From Candidatus Undinarchaeales archaeon (lineage in GTDB: Archaea; SpSt-1190; JASMDC01): a stretch of DNA of 62,750 bases. The stretch is from the NCBI GenBank assembly GCA_030753015.1, contig JASMDC010000019.1:1-62750 (forward strand), given 5' to 3'. Of the stretch, positions 1-8,683 are shown piece after piece. Numbering within the stretch: the first letter of the stretch is position 1; each line of letters opens with the position of its first letter. The position numbers and the translations under genes are program-made. A model generated the notes under the pieces. The model was not told the DNA's origin, ran no database searches, and saw only the letters and a list, made by a program, of their open reading frames with translations.

Positions 1-65
1 TAATACAATAGGGGGCTGGCGTGCCGGTACTCGTCCGGAAAGTACCTTTCGGCTCTATCCCCCCC

Positions 66-110
66 CTCACGGAAGGGGACTTCCCACCGAAACAAAAAAA
101 AGAGTTAAAA
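66..110 (+). promoter_or_regulatory. Conserved promoter-like element, copy 1: palindrome GGAAGGGGACTTCC, then CCGAAAC, an A-run and GAGTTAAA (TATA-like), ending about 25 nt before the GTG at 134
   Basis: A near-identical roughly 45-nt element is seen at three loci (66-110, 15036-15080, 36125-36167). The TTAAA sits 25-29 nt upstream of the start codon in the two leaderless cases. Confidence 0.55.
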
Positions 111-133
111 AGTACCACGGACTCTATTCCTTT

Positions 134-1930
134 GTGGGAAGATGTAACTTTCGTCCCCGGCTGCTCTCGTACAGCCGTGGCCAAGGGTTCATCGTGGAGT
201 ACTTCCTCTCCTTCGCACTCTTCCTGTTCGTTTTCGTGTCAGTTCTCGTGCTGCTGGTCCAGACGCTCCTCCCCCGAGTCGACGACTCCCGTTTCTACAC
301 AAACACCATGATGGCGCGACGCGCGGCCCTCCAGCTCCTCACGGAGGAGGCAGGGTACGTTCAGTGGTGGAACAAGGACCTGAACACGCGGGTTCTGTTG
401 AACATCACCGATCATGGTGGCGAGCGCTCGAGCCATCGCTGGGTGAACATCTCTGGTCAACGCTTGAACAACTCCGGTATCGACATCAGCGTCATCGACT
501 TCAGCACCCTCCATGTGTACGAGCGCAGCTACATGTCGAACGAGCTGATCAAGTTCAATCCGGGAAACGATGACGCCTTGAACCGCGCGGACGAGATCCA
601 TTTCAAGGTGTTCTTGGGGGACCTCCGGTCGGTGGTCGTACACCTCTACTTCGACCGGCTCAAGAATGTCGTCCCGGTGGAGAAGTATATCGTGAACACA
701 GAGAAGGACACCGCGAAGCGCGGGCTTGCGGACGACCTCGATATCACCGCCAGGGCCCCGACCGGTTCGAAGACCGGCAAGGGGCGGACGTTCGACTATG
801 CCCTCTCCACCATTGACGTGCAGATCGGTCAGATGTCCCAGATCATCTCCGTGACCTGGACAGCGGAGAACGCCACCGACTACCTCACCGTAGGGAGGAC
901 CGATATGGACTTAATGCTCAATACCCATCCTTATCTCGACCTCTACTACAAGGTGACCGGGACGGACAATCCGTTCAATATGGCCTACATATTCAGGTAC
1001 GACTCGAACCTATACCAGGACACGGTAGAGCTGTACCCACTCGATGCCAACGCTACGGGCGTATGGCGGCATGTGCACATGAACCTCGAGGACGCCGCGC
1101 ACGAACTGATCGGTATCTCGAGCGGACACCCGTCCATCCACCTCACGGCCTTGTTTATCAATCTCACCGACGCCGAGCGCGACCGGTGGGAGGGTTCCAC
1201 CTTCCTGTACTTCGACGACATCACCCTCAAGCCACCGGACGACACCAAGGCCCTCACCGGAGGGGAGGGGACTGAGGACAGGATCCATGCCGTGGTCATG
1301 GAGACGCTGGAGCAGGCCCACTGGCTGGCACGGAACGAGATCCCCGAGAGCTTCGGGTTCACCACCGACGAAGGCCGCACACTCAACCATACCTCTATCG
1401 TCCGGTTCAGAGAGCTCCAGTCCATCGAGAGCTACGAGGAGCTCAAGCATGTCCTGGGCATAGACGATAAGTACCACACCCGTATCAAAATCGTCCGTCC
1501 CGTGTCCCGAAACATCATCAACGTCACGACCGACGAGACCATCTACGATTATGGTACCAACCGCACCGTGCACATCAACATCATCATGCCTCCATACGTC
1601 ACCGATAAGTGGCCCGAGGAGTGCACGTTCCCATCCTACACGTCCGAGGATCCCTGTATCCTGCTCGTCCTTCTCAGGCCGGACGGTACGTCCACGACGC
1701 TTGTCGTCCCCCATCTGGAGACTATAACCGAGAGGGTGGAGACGCGGTTCTTCACCGACAAGGACACCGTAAAGACGGGCGAGGTCGTGTTCTCACGGCT
1801 TGCATACGCCACCGACTACAACCTCACCATCACCGATCCGGCCGGTACCTATGGCATCCAGGTGTACGCGCTAGCCGCGGAACCGCGCGGGCTCCTCCAC
1901 GGGTACGGCACATTCTCACTGAGCCGGTGA
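134..1930 (+). CDS. Cell-surface glycoprotein with a type IV pilin-like (class III) signal peptide (leader MGRCNFRPRLLSYSRG | QGFIVEYFLSFALFLF...). It is rich in N-x-S/T sequons and may be a pilin-like or S-layer-like structural protein.
   Basis: There is a GTG start 25-29 nt after the TATA-like TTAAA of the conserved element, which suggests a leaderless mRNA. The N-terminus matches the RG|Q...EY pattern (a DUF361-like pilin signature) followed by a hydrophobic stretch. There are more than 10 NxS/T sequons. The product is a 598-aa ORF. Confidence 0.5.
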   Translation: MGRCNFRPRLLSYSRGQGFIVEYFLSFALFLFVFVSVLVLLVQTLLPRVDDSRFYTNTMMARRAALQLLTEEAGYVQWWNKDLNTRVLLNITDHGGERSSHRWVNISGQRLNNSGIDISVIDFSTLHVYERSYMSNELIKFNPGNDDALNRADEIHFKVFLGDLRSVVVHLYFDRLKNVVPVEKYIVNTEKDTAKRGLADDLDITARAPTGSKTGKGRTFDYALSTIDVQIGQMSQIISVTWTAENATDYLTVGRTDMDLMLNTHPYLDLYYKVTGTDNPFNMAYIFRYDSNLYQDTVELYPLDANATGVWRHVHMNLEDAAHELIGISSGHPSIHLTALFINLTDAERDRWEGSTFLYFDDITLKPPDDTKALTGGEGTEDRIHAVVMETLEQAHWLARNEIPESFGFTTDEGRTLNHTSIVRFRELQSIESYEELKHVLGIDDKYHTRIKIVRPVSRNIINVTTDETIYDYGTNRTVHINIIMPPYVTDKWPEECTFPSYTSEDPCILLVLLRPDGTSTTLVVPHLETITERVETRFFTDKDTVKTGEVVFSRLAYATDYNLTITDPAGTYGIQVYALAAEPRGLLHGYGTFSLSR

Positions 1931-1932
1931 GC

Positions 1933-3288
1933 TCACACCTTGACGCCGACCGCGTTGCGGGCCTCGTCGCTCATGATGCCCTCGAGCTTGCGCTGGAGAC
2001 GGCGCATCCCTGCCTTCCAGAAGTTCTTACCGGACAAAGTGAGATGGCGACTGGGGATCACCCGGCTGGCGAGCTCCAGGAGCGGGCCTTGCATGGTCCA
2101 CCAACGCGGATTGAGCACCCGCGTGCCGAACCGTCGCTCGAACCGGGTCAGTTCCCTGTCCACGAGGCTCCCAGGAAAGAAGGCATAGGACTGGGCCGCG
2201 ATCCACCCGGCCGTTGCATCCTTCCCATCCACGAGCCGCTCCATGTAGGAGAGTGTCTCGGCCACCGTCTGTCGGGTCTCGCCGGGATGGTTGAAGAGGA
2301 GGTAGGTGGCGTGTGGTACGCCATTCTCGTCCAGCGCGGCGTCCGCTGCAGCGTACGTGTCCAGATAGGTGGCGGGATCGGCGCACTTGGCCATGATCTC
2401 TAGCATTTCAGGGGAGGCCGCGTCCAGACCTATATCGAGTCGCAGGTCGAGCTTCGCCATGAGAGCAGCGTCCGCTTCATCTATGAGGTCGGCACGCGTC
2501 TCGGCCCAGTACTCGGTGCCGGCGCCAAGGTCCACGAGCCCACGAAGAAAGTCGCGACGCCATGAGGGGGACGCGCCGAAGCACGCATCGGAGAACCGCA
2601 GCTGGGACGGTTCCACTACCTCCACAGTCCGGGCCACGAGGCGCAACGCCTCATCAACGGGGAGCGCACGATGGTCGCCCTTTACGCCTTCCATGCAAAA
2701 GGAGCACGAGAAGGGGCATCCCCTGGACAGGTACACACCCACGGGCCATCCCCGGACGAGATAAGGGTACCCTTCCCAGTCGAGCTCCGGGGCATACTCC
2801 ATCGGTGAGGGCCTGCCTGCCACCACGCGGGTGCTCGTTCCTCGTTTGGGCATGCTCTTGACCGCGTCCACCAGGGCAGACTCGCCCTCACCTGTGACGA
2901 CAATGTCGGCCAGCCCTTCGAAGTCATCGGGGCGGGCTGTTGCATGGTATCCCCCCACGATAGTGAGCGCCGCGGGCCGAACGATCGCCGCGGCCTCCAG
3001 AACACACTTGGTCGCCCGGTAAGAGAGACTCGTCCAGCAGGAGACGGCAAGCACGTCGAACGTGCGCTCGCCCAGCATTTGCCGTACCTCCAGGGCGAAC
3101 GCAGCCTCCTCGCGGATGTCAGCGGGACGGCCGATCTCCACCTCGAGGTCAAGGACATCGCACTCAGCAGCTTTGCTCACCGCCGTGTAGAGCGCCACCA
3201 TATGGGTCTTGGTGGGAAGGACGGCGCCCCCCCAACCCTCGGAACGGAAAGATGAGGGGTAGACCAGCAGGACCCGCGGTCGCGCCAT
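1933..3288 (-). CDS. B12-binding (class B) radical SAM protein
   Basis: The N-terminal half looks like a cobalamin-binding Rossmann domain. A CPFSCSFC (CxxxCxxC-type) radical SAM cluster motif is present. The ORF is 451 aa. Confidence 0.75.
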   Translation of the reverse strand: MARPRVLLVYPSSFRSEGWGGAVLPTKTHMVALYTAVSKAAECDVLDLEVEIGRPADIREEAAFALEVRQMLGERTFDVLAVSCWTSLSYRATKCVLEAAAIVRPAALTIVGGYHATARPDDFEGLADIVVTGEGESALVDAVKSMPKRGTSTRVVAGRPSPMEYAPELDWEGYPYLVRGWPVGVYLSRGCPFSCSFCMEGVKGDHRALPVDEALRLVARTVEVVEPSQLRFSDACFGASPSWRRDFLRGLVDLGAGTEYWAETRADLIDEADAALMAKLDLRLDIGLDAASPEMLEIMAKCADPATYLDTYAAADAALDENGVPHATYLLFNHPGETRQTVAETLSYMERLVDGKDATAGWIAAQSYAFFPGSLVDRELTRFERRFGTRVLNPRWWTMQGPLLELASRVIPSRHLTLSGKNFWKAGMRRLQRKLEGIMSDEARNAVGVKV

Positions 3289-3326
3289 GATGACATGCAG
3301 GGCGCTCTAGCAATAAAAATGCGACC

Positions 3327-4916
3327 CTACTCCTCGTCGAGCCAGGAATCGATGAGCTCCTCGTCCTCGTCGGTGGCGTCCTCCTTGGGCGCGGGCTTGA
3401 GACGACGCGCCGGGGGGTGCTCGCCCGCAGGACGCGGTGGCGGCCCACCCTCCTCAGGAGGGAGCCCGTCCCTGTCCTCGGGTGTCAGAGCGGCTTCTGG
3501 ACGCGTGAGCGCCTCGGGAGCCAGCCGCTCGATGATACGGAGCGCGTCCTCACGACGGTGAGCAACGGCCTGGTGGCGGTGCCATGACACATCCTCGGAC
3601 CAATCCTTGGGCACATCAGAGCGTAGCACCTCCACTCGGGGACGATCGATAGATGGCTCCAGAGCCGCACCGATGCGTCGATTGCGTTCGATCTGCTGGA
3701 CCGAGCCGAGCTCGTTCATGGTCTCCATCTCCGCTTCGGCCTCCCCCACGGGTATCTTTTGGACAGCTTCGCTGTAGGAAGGCGGCCGCATCGAGGAGAG
3801 GTAGACGTAGCTGGCGGCGAACACGACAAGAGCGAGGGCGAGCACGCTCGTCCATTCAGGGATCACCAATCCGGGCTCACGTTCACCGATGATATGGTAG
3901 GAGACGATGTTACCGGTCGCTGCTTCGATATCGCCCTCGATGATCACCTGCTCGCTCCCCTTCACAGCCAGGACCCTGAAGCGGTACCCGGTGAAGGGAC
4001 GAACGGTGTGGGGCCTTGTTATGCGGTAGCCCTGTGTCTCCAGCAGCGCCATCTCGTTGGTCACCTCGAGACGGCTTCGGAGGATGTTCTCGATGGACAT
4101 CTTGACGCTGCCGATGTTCGTGCAGGGTTCGCCGCCGCCGCAGGGACGGACCGCCGCCTTGTCGGTGGGCCTCATGCAGGTGCCGGCAAGGCAGACTAGA
4201 CCCTCGCTGCATCCGCAATCGCTGCAGCATGAAGTGCTGTTCTCCCCCTTCTCGCAGATGCGGTCACCGCACACGGGTCCCGTGTCGTCAGGCGGTACCG
4301 ACGGGACCTGCAGGGGCTCGGGGCTCGCACTCTCTGACGGTGTGGGCGAGACGGCTGAGGGGGACAGGCTCGTCTTCGGCGGCACGGGGGTGATGATGCC
4401 ACCCCTGTTTGGTGTCGGCTCGGGGGTCGGAGTAGGGGTGGGCTCGGGCGTGGGCTCGCCCTCGCGTACCTGGAACTGGACGTTCAGACGCTGGGAGAAG
4501 CTGCCCACCTCATTAGGGATGCAGTCGAGCCGGTACATCCCGGGGATCCAGTCATAGAACGAGCGGTCCAGGGTGATGCGCACGGAAAGGCCTGCTGCTG
4601 TCGTGGGCGGCTGTTCATCGCACACGGGGGGATCGGCATGGTCCCCCGGGCACAAAGCATAGGGCTCTCCCAGCGGATCGACGAGCCCGCACCGCAGGGT
4701 CCAGTTGCTCTCTGTCTCCACCACGTGGAAGTCCAGGACCACTTTCTCCAGCAGCGTGTGCTCGGGCGCCGGTTCGTACCCACGGTCAGTGAGCTCCACG
4801 AACATCCGCACCTCGTCCACAGCACAGGCCGCTGAAGCGACGACGAACATGGAGAGCAGGAGGAGGGCCGTCGTGCCCCCTCGTCCATCACCTTTCACGG
4901 CGCTGTAGCTGGCCAT
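3327..4916 (-). CDS. Secreted Cys-rich surface protein with a PT-rich linker, a C-terminal TM anchor and an acidic cytoplasmic tail
   Basis: An internal Met start (MASYSAV...) gives a Sec-type signal peptide. Other features are an EPTPEPTPTPTPEPTP linker, the Cys module CGDRICEKGENSTSCCSDCGCSEGLVC, a TM helix WTSVLALALVVFAASYVYL and an acidic tail ending IDSWLDEE. It is paralogous to the C-terminus of the 4966..8571 product. Confidence 0.55.
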   Translation of the reverse strand: MASYSAVKGDGRGGTTALLLLSMFVVASAACAVDEVRMFVELTDRGYEPAPEHTLLEKVVLDFHVVETESNWTLRCGLVDPLGEPYALCPGDHADPPVCDEQPPTTAAGLSVRITLDRSFYDWIPGMYRLDCIPNEVGSFSQRLNVQFQVREGEPTPEPTPTPTPEPTPNRGGIITPVPPKTSLSPSAVSPTPSESASPEPLQVPSVPPDDTGPVCGDRICEKGENSTSCCSDCGCSEGLVCLAGTCMRPTDKAAVRPCGGGEPCTNIGSVKMSIENILRSRLEVTNEMALLETQGYRITRPHTVRPFTGYRFRVLAVKGSEQVIIEGDIEAATGNIVSYHIIGEREPGLVIPEWTSVLALALVVFAASYVYLSSMRPPSYSEAVQKIPVGEAEAEMETMNELGSVQQIERNRRIGAALEPSIDRPRVEVLRSDVPKDWSEDVSWHRHQAVAHRREDALRIIERLAPEALTRPEAALTPEDRDGLPPEEGGPPPRPAGEHPPARRLKPAPKEDATDEDEELIDSWLDEE

Positions 4917-4965
4917 GGTTCGCGTCCTCCTCAGGAAGGGGGACCAAAGCATAAAAATGGACCCA

Positions 4966-7900
4966 TCACTGGAACCAGTCGGGAAGGTCCTCGTCCTCGC
5001 CCCCACCGCTGCCATAGTCGCCCGAGGGCGGTGCTGCCTGCTCGGGCGGTGCCTGGACCACCACGACCTGGGGCCTGCTCTGCATGACGTACATGGCACC
5101 TATGCCGATGATGGCGATCACGGCACCGATGAGAAGGGTCTGGACGGAGATGGGACCTTCGGACTTAGTCTCCGGGACGTGCCAAGAGACCAGTGTCTTG
5201 GTCTTGGTGTCCACCACTGCAGTGATGGCGATGCGCTCGTTTCCCTTTCGTGCGGTGATGACTACATCGTACTCGCCATCTGCGGTCTGTTGGAGTTCCG
5301 GCTTGCCGATCTTCCACCCATCGTTGCGGAGCTCGATGAGCCCGGCATCGGCGAAATCGTCTAACTTGATAGTGTCCATGACCTTCTGGACATCGACCTG
5401 ACTGTCCACGCACACTCCGTCCTTGCACTCCTTCTTGCCGGTGCAGCCGCAGTCCACGCAACAGGTGTTGTAGTTCTCGCCCGAGTCGCAGGAGTCGTCG
5501 CCGCACACGGCCTTGATGTCATCAATCTCCTTGACGCACTGGTTCTGCCTGCACCTGTAGCCGGGATCGCATCCACAGTCCGTGCAGCAGCTCTTGGACG
5601 TCTCGCCCTCACTGCACTGCAGGTCGCCGCACACCGTAGGGGGTGGCTTGGCGGGCGTGGCGACCGGTGTGGACGACGGCTGCGGCTGAGCACTGGTCGT
5701 GGGGCCCAAGGTGGTGACAGGTGTGGGTCCTCCTGAGACGACAGGTGTGGGCCCACCCGGTGGCATGGTGGAGAAGTCGCGGCAGAGGTGGGCGTTGGTA
5801 TCGCAGTACTGTCCACCGATGCAGTTGGCGTTCTCGCAGCAGTCGCCGCCCGCGAACCACGCTCCAGTACAGCACTTACCGCCGGTGCGCTCCACGCACT
5901 GGTGGTTCGATACCTCCTGGCATGTCGTGCAGGCGAGGGCCACGCACGTCTTGGACGTGTCACAGCTCTTGTCGCTGTCGCACCCGGAGTCATCGCAGCA
6001 CTTGCCGCCCGCGTACCACGTTCCCTGACAGCATTTCCCATCAGCTTCTGTATAGCATGTGGTGCCGCAGGGTACCTGGCCCACGTCACAGGCCAGGCTC
6101 GAGCACTGGTTGTTGGTCTGGCAGGTCTCGCCCGCTACCGTGCAGTCACCGTCGATGCAACAGGCGGCCCCGGCGATCCACGCGTCTGTGCAGCACTTAC
6201 CGCCATCGGTGCGGGCCACACAGGTGTGGTTGGAGGTCATCTGACATGACGTGCACACGAGGTCCTCGCACTTGTTGGCCTGGCAGGACTTGGCCGGATC
6301 GGTGCAGTCGTCGTTGCTGCAACAGACCGCTCCTTCCGTCCACACACCAGCGCAGCACTTACCGGTGGCGCCGACCTTGCACTCGCCTGCGCAAAGGTTA
6401 TAGCCCGCGATACACTGGGTGGTCGAGCAGGTCCCCTCGATGCAGGCGAACAGACCATCGCAGGCCGGGCCTGTGCATCCGGCAGGCGTGCCGGTGCCCC
6501 CTCCAGCGACGCACGCGTTGGCGGAGCAGGTCTCCCCGGTGCCCGTGCAGTCACCATCGGTGCAGCACTTGTCGCTACCCGCATGCCAGGTGGTATCGCA
6601 GCACTCCCCAGGGTTCTTGTTGCACGTGGTGCCGCACAGGGTGTAGCCGGTAACGCACGCATCCGTCGAGCACACATCCGAGACGCACGCGAAGTTGCCG
6701 GTGCAAAGGTTGGTGTCGGAGCACGCAGGAGGCGTGGTACACGTGTTGCTCGTGCACACCAGGTCGCCAGTGCAGTCATCCTTGATGCAGCACTTGTCGC
6801 TACCCGCATGCCAGGTCGTGGCGCAGCACTTCCCGGGATCCTGGTTGCACGTGGTGCCGCACAGGGTGTAGTCGGTAACGCATGCATCCGTCGAGCACAC
6901 GTCCGAGACGCACGCGAAGTTGCCGGTGCAGAGGTTGGTGTCGGAGCACGCCGCGGGCGCGGCGCACGTGTTGGCCGTGCACACCTGATCACCAGTGCAG
7001 TCCGCCTTCACGCAGCACTTGTCGCTGCCCGCATGCCAGGTCGAGTCGCAGCACTCCCCGGGATCGGCGTTGCACGTGGTGCCGCAGAACGTGTAATCCG
7101 TCACGCACGTGTCCGTCGAGCATGCGTCCGAGACGCATGCGAAGTTGCCGGTGCAGAGGTCGGTATCGGAGCATTCTGGGGGCGCGGTGCACGTGTTGTC
7201 GACGCACTCCTCCTCCCCGCAGTCATCATCGATGCAGCACTTGCCGCTACCCGCATGCCAGGTAGTGTCGCAGCACTCCCCGGGATCCTGGTTGCACGTC
7301 GAGCCGCACAGGGTGTAGCCGGTAACGCATGTGTCCGTCGAGCATGCGTCCGAGACGCACGCGAAGTTGCCGGTGCAGGGCTTGGTGTCAGAGCACCCGG
7401 CATCGTCAGTGCATAAGTGGGATACAGAATCGCAGGTCTTCTTCGCTACATTCTCACTACAATCGTCGCTGACGCAACACTCCCAGGCGGCCTGCCACAC
7501 GTTGTCGCAACACTCACCAAGGAGAGGATCCCCATCTATCTCATGGCACGTTCCGCCACAAGGAGGATTCTCGTACCCGTCAGCACAATCCGTTGGTGAA
7601 CACGTACACGTCTCAGTATCACAGGAGTCCCCCACACACATGAAGTTGTCACAATCGGCCGCAGTCACACATTTCTTCACGCATTTGAACTCTGCCGTAC
7701 ATCCCTCGGTCACTTCGCAATCACCATCAATACAGCACTCGGCCCCCTCACGCCACGTGCTATCGCCCTCACAGCACATCCCACTGCCCTTGACCTTGCA
7801 TGGACCCGGCGCCGGGCATTCCACAAAACCACTAGCGTCGCAACCGCATTTGGTACCGCCGTGTGCGCATTGTGTCAGCGAGTTACACTCGGACGCGTAA

Positions 7901-8571
7901 TCGTCGAACCGACTGCAGTAGCAGTCCGCGGTGTTCGTCGGATCCTCGCCCTTGCCCGTATCGCAGCAGTTCTCGGTGGGATTCTCGCACGCAGGATAAA
8001 GAAAGTCCGCTGGCACAGCGTCAGCCCCGCACGCCTCGTCGCAGCACTGGTAGTCATCACCACACCCGGTACGGGTGTCGAAGACCGACCCGCCGCACAC
8101 GGTGTTCCCCTCGGTGCAGCAATAGCCCACAGGGTCCCCTCCGGTGCAGGCCACCGGTGCGACCACGTCCACGCATGCCTCCTTGCAGCAGTCGTAGTCA
8201 CCTCCCCCCGGCTTCTGCCCGCAGCCGGAACCGAACTGGCTATTGCCGCCAGGGCATGTGGGCGTATCCACCGTGCAACAGGTACCGCCCAGGTCTGCTA
8301 CGCAGGCATCACCTCCGCCGCCACCACCGGTGACGGGTGAGCACATCCCCGGGGTCCCGGCTGTCCACTCGCATCCGTTGGAGGCCGTGCAGTCGCCTTC
8401 AACAGTGACACTGCTGCATTGCTGGCAAGCAGCTCCGGACCAATAGCATTTGCCAGCATCGCAAGCGCTCATATCTGCGCATCCGTCGCAGTTGAACGAG
8501 TCACACACGCCCATTCCGAGCGCGAGCGTGATGAACATAACTGTAAGGATAGTAAAGGTCTCCCTTCTCAT
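4966..8571 (-). CDS. Giant (about 1200 aa) extremely Cys-rich surface protein with tandem repeat modules and a C-terminal TM anchor
   Basis: It has a Sec signal (MRRETFTILTVMFITLALGMGVC). A CCxxxW(H/Q)AGxxCCxxDDC motif recurs about 10 times, and there are about 4.5 near-identical 75-aa repeats. A PT-rich linker is followed by two CGDxxCxxGExxxCCxDCGC modules, then a TM helix and an acidic tail ending LPDWFQ. Confidence 0.7.
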   Translation of the reverse strand: MRRETFTILTVMFITLALGMGVCDSFNCDGCADMSACDAGKCYWSGAACQQCSSVTVEGDCTASNGCEWTAGTPGMCSPVTGGGGGGDACVADLGGTCCTVDTPTCPGGNSQFGSGCGQKPGGGDYDCCKEACVDVVAPVACTGGDPVGYCCTEGNTVCGGSVFDTRTGCGDDYQCCDEACGADAVPADFLYPACENPTENCCDTGKGEDPTNTADCYCSRFDDYASECNSLTQCAHGGTKCGCDASGFVECPAPGPCKVKGSGMCCEGDSTWREGAECCIDGDCEVTEGCTAEFKCVKKCVTAADCDNFMCVGDSCDTETCTCSPTDCADGYENPPCGGTCHEIDGDPLLGECCDNVWQAAWECCVSDDCSENVAKKTCDSVSHLCTDDAGCSDTKPCTGNFACVSDACSTDTCVTGYTLCGSTCNQDPGECCDTTWHAGSGKCCIDDDCGEEECVDNTCTAPPECSDTDLCTGNFACVSDACSTDTCVTDYTFCGTTCNADPGECCDSTWHAGSDKCCVKADCTGDQVCTANTCAAPAACSDTNLCTGNFACVSDVCSTDACVTDYTLCGTTCNQDPGKCCATTWHAGSDKCCIKDDCTGDLVCTSNTCTTPPACSDTNLCTGNFACVSDVCSTDACVTGYTLCGTTCNKNPGECCDTTWHAGSDKCCTDGDCTGTGETCSANACVAGGGTGTPAGCTGPACDGLFACIEGTCSTTQCIAGYNLCAGECKVGATGKCCAGVWTEGAVCCSNDDCTDPAKSCQANKCEDLVCTSCQMTSNHTCVARTDGGKCCTDAWIAGAACCIDGDCTVAGETCQTNNQCSSLACDVGQVPCGTTCYTEADGKCCQGTWYAGGKCCDDSGCDSDKSCDTSKTCVALACTTCQEVSNHQCVERTGGKCCTGAWFAGGDCCENANCIGGQYCDTNAHLCRDFSTMPPGGPTPVVSGGPTPVTTLGPTTSAQPQPSSTPVATPAKPPPTVCGDLQCSEGETSKSCCTDCGCDPGYRCRQNQCVKEIDDIKAVCGDDSCDSGENYNTCCVDCGCTGKKECKDGVCVDSQVDVQKVMDTIKLDDFADAGLIELRNDGWKIGKPELQQTADGEYDVVITARKGNERIAITAVVDTKTKTLVSWHVPETKSEGPISVQTLLIGAVIAIIGIGAMYVMQSRPQVVVVQAPPEQAAPPSGDYGSGGGEDEDLPDWFQ
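6440..7440. repeat. Intragenic tandem repeat of about 4.5 copies, 225-nt period, roughly 90% identical
   Basis: The string gcgaagttgccggtgca(g/a)aggttggtgtcggagca recurs at 6689, 6914, 7139 and 7361. This produces look-alike ORFs in other frames (6583..7416, 6237..6992). Confidence 0.8.
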
Positions 8572-8683
8572 ACTAAGAAACGGGTCTGTATGCAATAAAT
8601 ACCTTTCCCCCCAAGCGCTGCGAAACGGGGCTCACGCTTATAAGCATGGACGGCCACCGAGGTGCCCGGCTCCCTGCCCACGG

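Noticed and set aside
3295-4891. Numerous 60-170-aa ORFs on both strands inside the surface-protein genes (e.g. 3759..4199, 4057..4557, 4484..4891)
   Set aside because: They are high-GC frame artefacts with Arg/Pro/Ala-rich translations, no promoter context, and they overlap better-supported genes.
6237-7416. Long ORFs in alternative frames or on the opposite strand inside the giant Cys-rich gene (e.g. 6583..7416 +, 6237..6992 -), with Arg/Ala-rich repetitive translations
   Set aside because: They are frame shadows of the 225-nt tandem repeat in a high-GC gene. They have the same periodicity as the real repeat and no start or promoter context.
8450-8683. N-terminal 78-aa extension of the prepilin peptidase ORF
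   Set aside because: It overlaps the divergent giant-protein gene start and promoter. The peptidase Asp motif sits about 25 aa after Met 8684, as in FlaK/PibD.
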